Shown here one piece after another: positions 1 to 13,400 of a stretch of 36,557 nucleotides of DNA. The position numbers and the translations under genes are program-made. This stretch comes from Octopus bimaculoides (taxonomy: Eukaryota). Each line of letters begins with the position of its first letter. Position 1 is the first letter of the stretch. A model generated the notes under the pieces. It was not told the DNA's origin. It worked only from the letters and a program-made list of their open reading frames with translations, and did not search any database. The DNA lies in NCBI RefSeq assembly GCF_001194135.2, contig NC_068983.1:11301905-11338461 (forward strand), in the 5' to 3' direction.

Positions 1-182
1 TTAAACCAAAACTAATTGGAGAATGGAACCATAATCTAAATTTAGATATTTTATATTTGATTTTTTTTTTTTCTTCTGATTTCCAGTTTTCATCTGAACA
101 AAATATATTTTCTTGACAAAATACTTAATGAAATCTTAGCTAAAGCTAATAAATTTTCAAAACATAATCCTTCTCTCTCTCC

Positions 183-189
<7 letters not shown>

Positions 190-220
<31 letters not shown>
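190..220. repeat. (TA)n microsatellite
   Basis: Direct read. Confidence 0.95.
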
Positions 221-225
<5 letters not shown>

Positions 226-730
226 ACAAAGTTTGTTGGAGCCTGTAGTCCATTCTGGGTCTTGTTAAAATTGACCTAATCGCAATACTTGTTTTTCAAG
301 CTACTTTTTCCCCCCATTTAGTTTTATTTAATTATCATTGCCAATTTTATCCCTTCAATATACAAGATTAATGAGATTTTAAAGGGACAATGTACTAAAT
401 CTCATATGCAAAACATGCTTTATTTATTGAAATTTCACTCTTAGTTGGAGAGAAAGAAAACAAAAACCTAGTATCATTATAAACAACTCTCAAATAAAAG
501 GGGAGATAATTTCAAGGAATTAAGAATTAATGTCTGAAAGTTAATTTACACACTTAGTGGGCAGGGAAAAGGGTCAACTTTAGGCAATTTTCCATGAGAT
601 TAAGTACATCATTCTTTATTTATCAAAATTCATGCCATTGACCGATTTGAGTTATTGGCCTTTGCTCAGTTTACTGTTTAATTCTGCATATTATAGTGGC
701 CAAAATTTTTTTGTAGTCTTCAGTAGGTTT

Positions 731-1045
731 ATGCTATCTACTCTGGGAAGTGAGCCCTGCCTTGCTTTGTGCTATGAATCCACAACCACCACAAACAAAA
801 TCATTTGAGGCTGGTTCTTGTTGGTGCCTCTGCTTAAGATTTGTATGAAGATGGTCATGATGGTTCTTCCTACTCTCTTCAAACCATTTTGAACGAGTGG
901 AATACACTGTTCTTTACTTGTTATGATTTGCAGCAAGGTTTTCCCAAGAATTGAGATTGATATTATGATGCTTGAACACATCCTTAAGCTTATCCTTGTA
1001 ACATAAGAGGGGAAGCCCCACAGGGCATTTGCTGTTCCAAAGCTA
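731..1045 (-). mobile_element. Decayed RTE-like LINE 3' ORF fragment
   Basis: A frame not in the ORF track reads KCPVGLPLLCYKDKLKDVFKHHNINLNSWENLAANHNK*...FVCGGCGFIAQSKAGLTSQSR*. This resembles the RTE C-terminus (GRPxxRYKDxLK..WExLAxDR..W.. FxCxxC..SxxGLxSH) and has in-frame stops. Confidence 0.65.
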
Positions 1046-1506
1046 NNNNNNNNNNNNNNNNNNNNNNNNNNNNNNNNNNNNNNNNNNNNNNNNNNNNNNN
1101 NNNNNNNNNNNNNNNNNNNNNNNNNNNNNNNNNNNNNNNNNNNNNNNNNNNNNNNGTGGGTGGGTGGGGGTATACAGAGAGATAGTTCCATGGGTGCTCA
1201 ATTCTTGAAGGAATTATAGGAGTGTCATCATATCATATGGCATCTCTGGATATTTTTAGGCTTGATATAACCCATCCCCCTCTAGGTCTGACCTCAATCA
1301 ATTTCTTCCAGAGAGAGAGAGAGAGAAAGAGAGAGACAGAGAGAAAGGAATTGCTCTCAGTACAAGACTGACTTTTCATTTATTGATCCCAAAAGTTGAC
1401 GAGCAAACTTGATCATTTTGTTAGTATTTGAACCCAGACTTCAGAGGGCCAGCATGAATACCACAAAGCAATTTAACAAATACTCTAACGACTCAGCCAA
1501 TTCACC

Positions 1507-1508
<2 letters not shown>

Positions 1509-1547
<39 letters not shown>
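1509..1547. repeat. (TG)n microsatellite
   Basis: Direct read. Confidence 0.95.
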
Positions 1548-1549
<2 letters not shown>

Positions 1550-3763
1550 CTGTGATCACTCACTACGTTCCCCCTTCTCCTCCCCTCTCCCTCACTCTCC
1601 TTTTGTACTCGTGAACACCAGCACATCCTCCCTACCATCTTTCTCTCCCCCCCCCAACTGGGGTAGCCACATATCTCCTCTACAGTAAGACCCCTGTTTC
1701 TGTCTCCCTATCATAGTTTAACCTCTCATCACCTGGCTCAAAGCCACTTCCTGCAATGCCACCTTCCCTCTCAGTTGATTCTTTGTCTTGCGAGTTACTT
1801 GGTAACCTTATCGGTGCTGGTGCCATACAAAAAGCTCCTGGTACACTCTGTCAAGTGTTTGATAAGTAGGGTGTTCAGTCAAAGAAAACATGCCAACGCT
1901 GACAGAAGAACTAGGCAACTCCTGTCAAACCATCCAGCCAATGCCAGCATGGAAAATCGACTTCAAATGATAATGATGATGGTGGTGTGTGTGTGTGTGT
2001 GTGTGTTTTTGATTACAAACATATTAGGTGCCAATGTATGAAACTTGTGGTCCTTGGGTCACTCTGTATCTTCTGCCAATTATTAATCAAAATATATGTA
2101 TATGCTCATGTTCTGAGTTTTATTTTCTTGTTTGCATTACCAAACCTCTTTGTGTGTGTGTGTGTGTGTAACATGACAAAAAAGAACATCCATCACTAAG
2201 TCACCAACAAATCCTTAAAAATTGATAACTCATCCTCGACAAATGCAAATACCACATTATAAAAAATAACAAACAACCACAGAAGAGACCATAAAATCAA
2301 TAAGAATGCAAACTTGACTTATAAACAAACACACACACACCAAAGCCTATAAATACATCACCAATGCCAAGTTGTAATAGCTGTTGCCTGAAAATTGCAG
2401 TAGTGTGAAATTCAAGTCACAAGAAGAACTGCATTTCAGTTTCAATAAAAATATGTGCATGTGTGTATCCATGTTTCAGTATATGTGTAAGTGTGTGTGT
2501 GTGTGTGTGTATTAAAATCATATTCAACTCATTTAAGTGCACTTGGACATGAGAAAACCTTCCACTGCAGAGATAGTCTCAGAAGAAAATTCTCCTCCCA
2601 GACTTTTGTATAAACACAAGATGAGCTGATGATGTTATTTGGATCATAGGATGTATTCATTTCTGTGACATTTCACTTTGTCTGCTATGAACACCAAATC
2701 TGTCTTCTCACATCTACTGCACTCAAACACGTTGGATATGTCTTTACTCAAATATATTTTATTCAACACTGCTCCATGTAACATTATTTGATATTAGATT
2801 GACCAAGCATTATGCACATCAATAGATGTACCTTTTTTTTTTACAAGAATAACTTAATGAACAACTCAGAAATGCATGAATCTTATGATCCAGTGATGTC
2901 ATTCACAGCTCATCTTGTGGTTCCACACACGTCTAAGAGGAGATTTTTCTCTCAAAACTCTCTGTGGTTCAAGGTTTTATGTCCAAATACACTTGAACAT
3001 GTTGAATATGACTTTACATTAATATATTTTATTCAACACTTCTGCATGTGACATTATTTGTGTGAGTGTATCTAGAAGCATTAGGCCATGTTCCTTTAAA
3101 TACTTAGTTTTAATAAGAGTAATATAAGCTTGCTTGCCTCACCTAAAATGATGTTTGATTGAAATAATCTAGTAAAAATGCTTCACCTAGAAATAGTTGC
3201 AGTAGTTGACCATCTTTTTAAGAATTTGCTTTTTTTTATTCAGATTTATTTAAACTGTATTTTTGCTTTATCATTTGATTTCAATATTATTTTGAAATCT
3301 GATTTATACATTCATTATTTTTTTTTGTGCTTCTACTATGTTAGTAGTGAATTAGAACTCTATCCTGTATGTGCTGGTGGTGGAAGTGGGGATCATGTTG
3401 TATTGCTGCTATTTTTAGACCCTGGGAGTAATCTCTAGATTATATATCACCTCAGTGTATGGGTCTGTTGTAAGCTGGGCAGATATCAATACTGTCAGCC
3501 GAGTATTATCATCATAACGTTCCTGTCTTTACATTGGTCTTTATGTATAGTCTTATGATGAGATTCTTGTTTGTAGTTCTGTTCTATTCACAATCTCACA
3601 CAGAAATTAGAAGTCTGAGGGGTTTGTCTACCACACCAGCTTCTTTATTAGCTCATTAGTCATATCTTTATATTGTATGGACAATCCATTTATGACCATT
3701 ACCCTCTATTGCCTTGTTGATTATTAGATTTCTACTATCTTTTTATGTTTTTGTTCCTTATAG

Positions 3764-3880
3764 AATACAAGTTTTGGTGATCCCAATTTTGAAGATTTAC
3801 AGCTGGTAGATCCTAACCATTCTTTAACAGACTTAAAACATAATCATGCTAATGATGAGAAAGAACAACAGAAGAGCAAA
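3764..3880 (+). CDS. VPS13D: VPS13D exon (NTSFGDPNFEDLQ...EKEQQKSK), poorly conserved linker
   Basis: Polypyrimidine tract + TAG acceptor at 3763, GTTAGT donor at 3881, 117 bp open, phase 0 into the next exon. Sequence similarity is weak, so the call rests on splice signals and position. Confidence 0.6.
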
Positions 3881-4220
3881 GTTAGTAATTCAAAATCATC
3901 ATCTTTTCTTTTTTTTATGTCTTCTTTCAGTAAGTTTTTTTGGTATCTTTCAGATATTGGTGGAAATGTTGGGGATATCTTCTCCTTTGAATATAAATGG
4001 ACAAATGTACTCACACACATGTATAAATACATATATAGAAATATTTTTTTTAATGAAACCTTTGGAGGCTGTTGGGTACTGAAAGGCTTTACAGAAATAA
4101 TTTTAAGAAACCATTATGACAAGATCAATGATTAGAAATAAACTTTTGATTACAAATGTGTTATTAATTGATGAAGATATTGATGTTAATTTCTCATGCA
4201 GACACAGATCCATCCTACCC

Positions 4221-4255
<35 letters not shown>

Positions 4256-6833
4256 GTTTTGTATTAGGATGATGGAGAAACTGTTCTATTGAGAATAAAA
4301 TCTTAAAAACTAATTCCATAACTGTACCATTGTTACATCACGATAATAGTAAATTTAGGACATTGATATAGCAATAACTGAAATTTAAGAAATAACGATG
4401 ATTATAATCATCATCATTATCATCATTGATTATTGTCCAAAGCTCTTTCACTGTCATACATATTAAAAACTTCAAAAAGTTTCCTTTCACCTTCTCCCCA
4501 CTTTGATCATTCTATGCTAATTAGTTGTTACTGCTAAGAATTAGCTGTATAGTTGATCTAGATAGTTGACACCTTTCATTTGCAATATTTTCTTCACATT
4601 GTAGCATTATAGTTCAGTAAGAAATTAAGAGTTGTTCTTTAAGAATGTAGTCCAAACAGACCTAAAATCCCAGTTTGTTTGGGCCACATTTACAGCATTC
4701 AGTATTGCTAATAATAAATGTCATAATCTAAATTGTATATTGAACTAATATTTTATTAAGTCATAGAATTACTGGAATTACTTCTCAGATTATAAATGGA
4801 GCTGTACAAAACAACACCTGACTGAAAGTTATAGAATCATGATCTGTTTGTTGTTATTGTCTAAATAACAAAGTCCAAACTTCTTGTGTTTTCCTCATTA
4901 TACTTCTACTAGGAGTATTTTCTGATATTAAGATATGAGAAGAAATGGTGAGGACATATCTTAGGAAAGAGCAGGCCTAATACTGTACAACAGGGGAGCA
5001 AGACAAGTAACGGTGTGCTGTGCAGTAGACCTGTCCAACCCATAGACAAACTTTAAAACAAGGATAATGATGATGGTGAATACTATTGGTATTAGGGATG
5101 TTGATGCCTCCATATAAAAAAAAATGGCCAAATAATAGGACTAGTAAAAGTATTCTTGTATGATTTGTAATGAGGTTTCTGCTACCAAACATAATGTCTA
5201 CGAAACTGACTATTGCTAAGTTGAACTAAAAGTAATGTCTTAAAGGCAATCAAACTTAGACAGTCTGAATTGTTAAATAGTACAAAGAAGAAAAAAAAGT
5301 AATTTTGACTTGTTTCCCCTCTTCTTACTTTCAGATTGTTGTCCATGGTCTGCTTTCTTTGCCAAAAGGGGTAGGAATATCTCTTGTGAACCGGGTACCT
5401 GAGGAACTTGTTTACATTGTTATGTGGAAGATTGTGATACGATGCAATAGCAAAAATGGTTTACTCATCATGGAAGCTAGTATTGGTAATGTACAGGTCA
5501 GTGGCTACAGTGAATTAAATATGATACATATTCTACCATTTTACATTGTTTTCTTTTCATCTGTGGGTTTCTATGACTTTTGCTGTCTTTGTTGCTTAAG
5601 TTGACCATAATCTAAAAAAACTTCTGATTGAATGTGTTTATGCCATAACTATCTTTGTCTTTTATCCAGAAAGAATTGTTATTGTGTTATAATCCTTGAA
5701 AACAGCACACACTTTTACTAGTTCTAGTTTGTCTGACTAAACAGAATAGAAACAAGATCCTCTCCTATTTCATAATTGAATAGTTAGCAATTAGAAATAC
5801 ATCCAGTTCTAAAAACAATTGCTCCAGTAAATAAATCTTCCTGTTCTTGTAAGAATGGTAAAATGCTTATTAAACAATAATTTATTATTTTTTAAATTTT
5901 ATTCTAATCCGTTAATTTTAACAAAGTATCTTTGACCCAGACAGATTATCTCTAGTTTGAACCTCCAGTAAAAGCAACTCCCATTGCACTGTATTTTACC
6001 ATTTAATGTTGCTGTGCTTGGCGATTAAATGTGCTTGAGAAGACTTATCAAGCCGAGTGAAATGATAGTCGTGGCCAGTGACACATAAAAAGCACGCTTG
6101 GTGTGGTTGGCATTAGGAAAGGCATCCATCATTAGAACCCATACCAAATCAAACTGGGACCTGGTACAGCCCTCCAACTTACAAGTTCCAGTCAAACTGT
6201 CTTAACCCATGCCAGCATGGAAAGCAGACATTTAATGATAATGATGTGTATGTATTTATATATTTTATATTGATTTTATATTGATTTTTTTTTTCTTATA
6301 GATTGACAACCAGCTGTTTAGTGCTCAGCGACCAGTAATGCTGTCCATTGTTCCATCCAAAAATGATGTCCCTGAAAATACACCTGCATTACACATGGTT
6401 GTCCATAAAAATCCTTCTCAGTGGAATGTAGAGATATTCAAGGTTGGTTCATTGCTGTGTTCATATAACTGTTATGATTGCATTTGTTATAATAGATCAC
6501 TATTACCATGGTTGTGGTGATGGCTCACTATTTGGGTGTTATAATTATTGTTGTTTAACCCTGAGTCAATCCTAAACAGGTAGACCTACAAAGACATTCT
6601 AACTATGACTATCCCGTCTTTTCAAATTACTCTCTCTTTTACTCTTTTACTTGTTTCAGTCATTTTGACTGTGGCCATGCTGGTAAGTAGCTTGCTTACG
6701 AACCACATGGTTCCGGGTTCAGTCTCACTGCGTGGCACCTTGGGTAAGTGTCTTCTACTATAGCCTTGGGCCAACCAAAGCCTTGTGAGTGGATTTGGCA
6801 GACAGAAACTGAAAGAAGCCCGTCGTATATATG

Positions 6834-6890
<57 letters not shown>

Positions 6891-8996
6891 ATATGTTTGT
6901 CCCCCCTCCCAACATCGCTTGACAACCGATACTGGTGTGTTTACATCCCTGTAACTTAGCGGTTCGGCAAAAGAGTCCAATAGAATAAGGGCTAGGCTTA
7001 CAAAGAATAAGTCCTGGGGTCTATTTGCTCGACCAAAGGCGGTGCTCCAGCATGGCCACAGTCAAATGACTGAAACAAGTAAAAGAGTATATATACAGCT
7101 GTATGTAAAGGATTGAATTTTGTTTTGTTCTTAACCTTGTTGGATTTGTTTACTTTCTTTTCAAATTGTTTTAAATGTTTCTTTATTTCTTTTTTTTTTT
7201 TTCTTGTGCATTACAGCACTTAATTATTTCAGTCCGTAAGGTAAAGTTACACTTAGAGGAGATGTTGCTCCTGAAGTTGTTGCAGTTCACTGGTTACCAC
7301 GAGCCAGATGAAGACACACAGCTGATGGAGAATGCCTACAGTAGCCAGAGGTGAGATATTCCTTTTATACGATATCCTTTCACATGCAGGTTTATTTCTA
7401 AGTTACACAAATATTTTTTTCCATTGTTTTCAATCATATCCCCCACTTCTCTGCTAAACGTGTTTCGTTGTTGGTATTTTTTTATGTATTTAGCTTTTTT
7501 TATCTTTTTTTTTATTAAACAATTGTGGCATTGTAGTAAGAAGTCTGCTTCCCAACCATATTGTTTTGGGTTCAGTCCCACTGTGTGCCACCTTTGGCAA
7601 GCATCTTCTACTATAAGCGTTGGGCCAACCAAAGCCTTGTGAATGGATTTAGTAGTTGGAAGCTGAAAGACACCTGTTGTGTGTGTGTGTGTATTTATGC
7701 TTGTGTCTCCTTGTCTTGTCATCATGGGATTGTGGCAAATGAATGTCATTCATTTACAATATCTTATGAAAATAAGTCTAACTATAGAAATTATGTCTCA
7801 ATAAACTTCATCTGCCCCATGCAATCATTGAAAAATGGATGTTAAAAAAACAATGATGAATCACTTTTGGTATCATATCAGATCCAAATAGATTATACTA
7901 TATATTTTCGATAACTGAATCCCTAATCAGTACAAAAATCTGGTAGCTAGATTTTCTATTCACTCTTTATAGAAAATTACTTTAAAAAAAAATTATTTAT
8001 TGGCTGCCATGGTTACATAGAAGGTAATAGTGACTTAAAGTAATAGTAGTAGCTTTAAGTATTAATAATACAGAAAACATAAAATTGGTAGAAATAGTGT
8101 AGTCTTGAAATACGTGTATAACCTAACTATACATATTTAAAGATTAAACTATCTCGAGATTAAGTAGTTGTATGCTGTCAACTTAATGTGACAGTCCCCT
8201 GAAGGGAATAATACTACTGTTGGTTAGACCTAGGAAGCTGGGGACTGTCACATTAAGTTGACAGCATACGACTACTTCATCGTATCACTACTGCATGAAT
8301 CTCCTTGAATATCTATATGACTCTGTATCCATGATTCAGTGACAGTGTTTGTGTGAAAATGTGTGTGTGTACATAGCTATACATGGATGTATCTGTGTGT
8401 GTATGTTAATTTTGCATGGCTCTTCAAACATTAGCTATTCTTGCTAATTATCTCTTGTATCAAGAGAGACAGTGGGGGTTGAGAATATAATGTGTTTAGT
8501 TGTCGATAGTTTAGTGTAGGAACTGTGAAAGTTACTCGTCTGTATTATGTTACTCAAGAATAGTCAGATGACTAGAATTAGTGAAACATTGGACAACATA
8601 GCTTGTTTGGTTACATTCTAAGTTCAAATCCTGGTCAGGCTCACTTTACCTATAATCCTACTGAAGTCATTAGAATAAGTGTTGTGAAGTAATCAGCTAC
8701 ACTCAAAGAAGTGCTCCAGCTTGGTCATAGTCCATTGAGTGAAACCAGTGGATTAGTCACTCATTCAAGGTACACCTGTATCAGTTTTATGCTCATAAAC
8801 CAAATTGATTTCAACAAGTTACCACTATTGAATCTGTTTGTTCCTATCCAAAGCAGTACCATCTTCTAAATGAAGTTACATTAAATCTATTGATATTGTT
8901 AATATTTTTATTTTATTTTATATTTTCATTCTAGCTTTGAATCAGTTTTATCCAGTTGCTTCTCAGTTTTCAAATTGTTATTTTGTGATGAAGAAA

Positions 8997-9037
<41 letters not shown>

Positions 9038-10430
9038 AAGTTGAGAGATCTTTTTTTCACTAAAACTATTTTGGGTCTCTCAAAAATGGAGTGGTTTAGA
9101 TAGTCGCTTTTAATGATAGAGGGACTTAATGTTTGTTTTGAGATTGGTATTAAGTAATGATGCATGCATTAATTGATATCATTGATTTAAATAGTTCTAT
9201 CTATAGCTATAGGTTTTCATTTGTTTTATTTTTTTTTAATGTCAAACCTTCACATTTCAGTTTTTTATAACTAAACTTGCTATTTTGCTAACTGCATCAT
9301 TGTCAACATTATCATCATTGTTGTTTTATATCTGCTTTTCATGCTGTCATGCATGATATCAAGACTTTATGGACGTAATTTATCCGAGTATTTCCATGCT
9401 AGCATGAGTCAGACTGGCTTTACCACCTGTTCACATACAGCCCTTTATCATCTGACTCAAACCAGTCCTGCTGGTTGCTCAGAGATAATCTTTCTAAGTG
9501 GTAACTTTTAATGCCCACCTCTAAACACGGATAACACAATGCAACTAGTAACTTCATGGTTGCTAAGACCTCACTATCTAAGGATCTTTCCTGTTGAAGG
9601 CTCATTCTCAACAATGATAGAAACTGCATCACAAAAGACTGGCCTTCCTCTACAGAGCCAAAAATATGCCAAATCCCCAACAACTGCTACCTTCTAAAAG
9701 CTCAGGTGAAACCCTCAAGGGACGGTTGCTTCTACATCATAGATTATACTACTGTATCACTGACATGCTAAACTGCAACCACAGGAAGACAATCCGACTG
9801 ATAACTCCGCCCCAACAACCCTCTGTGTATTTTTTTGGTCTAAATATTGAAGTATCAATGTATCTACAGTTGTGTACTTCATGCTTGTTGCTTTTCTCCT
9901 TTGTTGTGTCTTCAAATCCTAAATACAAGTTAAATAGCTCCATAGCTTTTGCCATGTTGGATTGTGAATCTCTCTCTCCACACATTGAACAGGGTTACTT
10001 TCATCTAATATTTTAAAAGCAACTGAAAACCCATGTTATTTTTCATTAAGTGCAAATATGTGAATTTCCTCCTTTCTTCCTTCAACATATTATTGATGTT
10101 AAGTCTTTGTTTTATGTTGATATCACAAACAGAACTGTCATTCCCAAAGATATTTTTGCTCACATTTTCACTTGGCATGCGTGTGTGCAATTGTTATTGT
10201 TTTGTTATTCTAGTTGCTAAAAAAAACAAAAAACAATATAATTGTTTGTACTTACAGAAAAATCATTAATTTTCTTTTTTTTTTCTTTTGTGTTTCCCTG
10301 TTCAATATTTTCTTGTTTGTGTGTGTGTGGTAGTTTTCATTTCCAATTTTCTCTAAAAACAAACCCTATTCCTTTGTCTGACCCTTTGAGAGCTGATTTC
10401 CAAATCTCAACAGCTCTCTGTATGTGAATA

Positions 10431-10463
<33 letters not shown>

Positions 10464-13400
10464 TATTATCACTGAGGGTGGTGGATTTGGCAGAATCATT
10501 AGAACTGCTTTGCTGTAGTTGGTCCTGCTCTTTTTTATCCCGAGTTCAAAGCGACAAAAATACTCTAAATGCATTTTGCCTGACACCTTCTTGAGAAGCA
10601 ACTACATTAATGTTATATTTTCTTCTTCACAATATTTTTTCTTGTTTTACATTCATTTTTCCATCCGAGCATGGATGAGATGGGTCTTTTGTTTCTGTTT
10701 GTTTTTCCTTTTAGACCAACTATTTTCATAGCTGGGTAGATTCTTGTTGGTAGTCATTCAGCTATGAAGTAGGAGTGAAACCTGTTTTGCATCCTATCAG
10801 CAAACAGTGCTACCTTACCTAGGGTTGAACTTATGACCATATAGTCTGTAGTCTAGCATTTTAACCACACAGTCATTGTGCCTTTAAAGTAACATATTTA
10901 CTCTAAGCTAAGTTGTCCAATGTAAATATATTAAAAACTGAAAATGAAATATGTTCTGATGAAAAGAAACACCCAATGTTATTGACAATAAAGGTTTCTA
11001 CCAAAAACATTGAAGATTACCCGCAGCAGCCTAATATAACTTTGTTTTTTTCCTTGTGTTTTATTAAATCTTTCTATTACAGTCAGCTCTTGGCATCCTC
11101 AAATTCTAGTGATTACCTTGTAAAGGTAGTAAAAGTGTCTTGGTGTATACAGGAGAACTGACTGTGAATGGATGATGAATGCTGGGTGGAAATGAATGTG
11201 CCTTGTACTAACAGCAGAAAGTACCTGGGATTAGTGTAAGACATATGAAGTGGTGAAGTTAGGCCATAGGACTCTGAGCCTCATAGATTAAATGACAAAT
11301 GATAGTTTTGAGTTGCGATATGGTGTGCTGTAGTCTTGTGCAGATCATTCAAGCATTGAGAAACAATGCAGACATTGAAACCGTGGTGATGTTTGAAGTA
11401 ATCTGTTCCAGTGGAGGCGCAATGGCCCAGTGGTTAGGGCAGTGGACTCGTGGTTTCGATTCTCAGACCAGGCGTTGTGTGTGTTTATTGAGCAAGAACA
11501 CCTAAAGCTCCATGAGGCTCTGGCAGGGGATGCTGGTGAACCCTGCTGTACTCTTTCACCACAACTTTCTCTCACTCTTTCTTCCTGTTTCTGTTGTGCC
11601 TGTAATTCAAAGGGTCAGCCTTGTCACACTGTGTCACGCTGAATATTCCCGAGAACTACGTTAAGGGTACATGTGTCTGTGGAGTGCTCAGCCACTTGCA
11701 TGTTAATTTCACGAGCAGGCTGTTCCGTTGATCGGATCAACTGGAACCCTCGTCGTCGTAACCGACGGAGTGCCACGAGAGACANNNNNNNNNNNNNNNN
11801 NNNNNNNNNNNNNNNNNNNNNNNNNNNNNNNNNNNNNNNNNNNNNNNNNNNNNNNNNNNNNNNNNNNNNNNNNNNNNNNNNNNNNNNNNNNNNNNNNNNN
11901 NNNNNNNNNNNNNNNNNNNNNNNNNNNNNNNNNNNNNNNNNNNNNNNNNNNNNNNNNNNNNNNNNNNNNNNNNNNNNNNNNNNNNNNNNNNNNNNNNNNN
12001 NNNNNNNNNNNNNNNNNNNNNNNNNNNNNNNNNNNNNNNNNNNNNNNNNNNNNNNNNNNNNNNNNNNNNNNNNNNNNNNNNNNNNNNNNNNNNNNNNNNN
12101 NNNNNNNNNNNNNNNNNGTTTCACTTCAATTGCCTTGCAACGTGTCTGCCGCCCCTGGTTTCTGCATTGTAAATTAGAGATAAGCTGGTGGAGATTTATA
12201 AAAGAATAAGAATGAATGTTTGAAAACCTTATAATATACTTTAATTAACTTTGATATGTTCCTCCTTGTGTCCCTATGTAGGTAGGACTAGTTTAGGAAA
12301 TTGTTTTACTCCTGAAGTTAAGTTTGATACATTTTATGCAAGTCACTTCAATATCTTCACTTTTACTGTTTTCCTGAATTTTTGCTTGAAAAGATAACCA
12401 AGCAAATACTTACTGGAAATTATTACTGATTTCTTAAATAGAGATTCCATTCTTAAATTAGATATTGAAAAGGGCCTTTCTTTGAGTTTTTGAGTTCTGC
12501 TTCACATGTTAGTGTACTTAGGCAAAGTTGTGTATTGAGTCACAAGCAAGGACTGCATTATTTGCATGATCAAAGGCTTCATTTTCAGCCCTGTTCCCCC
12601 TTTAGTTGCTTATGTCCCCTCCCCCCATTAGTAGCCTTGGCTAACTGTCTCAGATTTCTGTTGTAGGCCTGTGCTCCAAGCTGCTGCTAGCCCTCCTCAC
12701 AACAAGCGTTACTTCTTTGGCCTTCTCCGGTTGAACACCCACCGTATCTCACTGAGCATGCTCACTGCACCTTCTTTGCCACCAGAATTAAAAGCGATTA
12801 AAAACAAACTATCTCTTCGGTGGATAAGTTTTGAAGATGCAACAGTTGATTTGGGTCAGTATTTGTATATTTTTTTCTTTCTTTTACCTATATCATGTTA
12901 CTTCATTGACAATTCAAGTTTGGGGACAAGTAATTTAAATTTAAATAGCATTTTTTTAGTTTATTCTGTTTTATCATTAAATCAGTTTTTCTATTATTAT
13001 AAAACCATTTTTCTTTCTTCAATTTCAGATGCTTATGTCCGACAACATGTCTTTGAAACGAGCACATTTCTAATTAACGAGATAAAATCTCACTACACTG
13101 ATGTAAGAAATGTTTATTCTTCTTTTTAGTTACAAAATTTGACTTAAACCCAAGAAGTAAAGTAAAGAACTGTGCAATTAGATGCTTTGTTAGAATCTAA
13201 AATACTTAGTTCATAATACAGTTTGAATTTTGATATGACATAGTTTAGTGAAGGGAAATTAAATTTATCAAGATGAAATCGAAATCGTAATTGAACCGAA
13301 TTCGATGACTGGCACCTGTACCAGTGGAGCGCTAACAGCACCGTCCGAGCATGATCATTGCCAGAGCAGCTCTCTGGCTTCTGTGCTAGTGGCACGTAAA

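Noticed and set aside
6622-6980. Short ORFs with THTHT/CVCVC/FFFF runs throughout the window
   Set aside because: They are translations of microsatellites and SINE bodies, with no coding evidence.
7217-7246. Internal splice-like sites (TTTCAG at 7232, AAG|GTAAAG at 7241) in a VPS13D exon
   Set aside because: Using them breaks the frame or removes the conserved EE-LLLKLL segment.
10400-10461. Processed pseudogene or retrocopy ending in AATAAA + poly(A)
   Set aside because: No ORF or TSD is recognisable upstream, and the AATAAA is simply the start of the A-tract.
11165-11280. Box C/D snoRNA candidate (ATGATGA...CTGA)
   Set aside because: No convincing terminal stem or recognisable rRNA guide; the interior reads ..KYLGLV.., more like a decayed LINE scrap.
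11412-11480. tRNA genes suggested by A/B-box sequences (also 33895-33966, 25170-25229, 29632-29698)
   Set aside because: They continue into repeat bodies with tails and TSDs, and I see no complete cloverleaf; these are SINE heads.
11624-12209. Long ORFs in the track containing X runs (also 772-1191, 16548-16739)
   Set aside because: Their length comes from N-gaps; the flanks are SINE or LINE sequence, or antisense to VPS13D.
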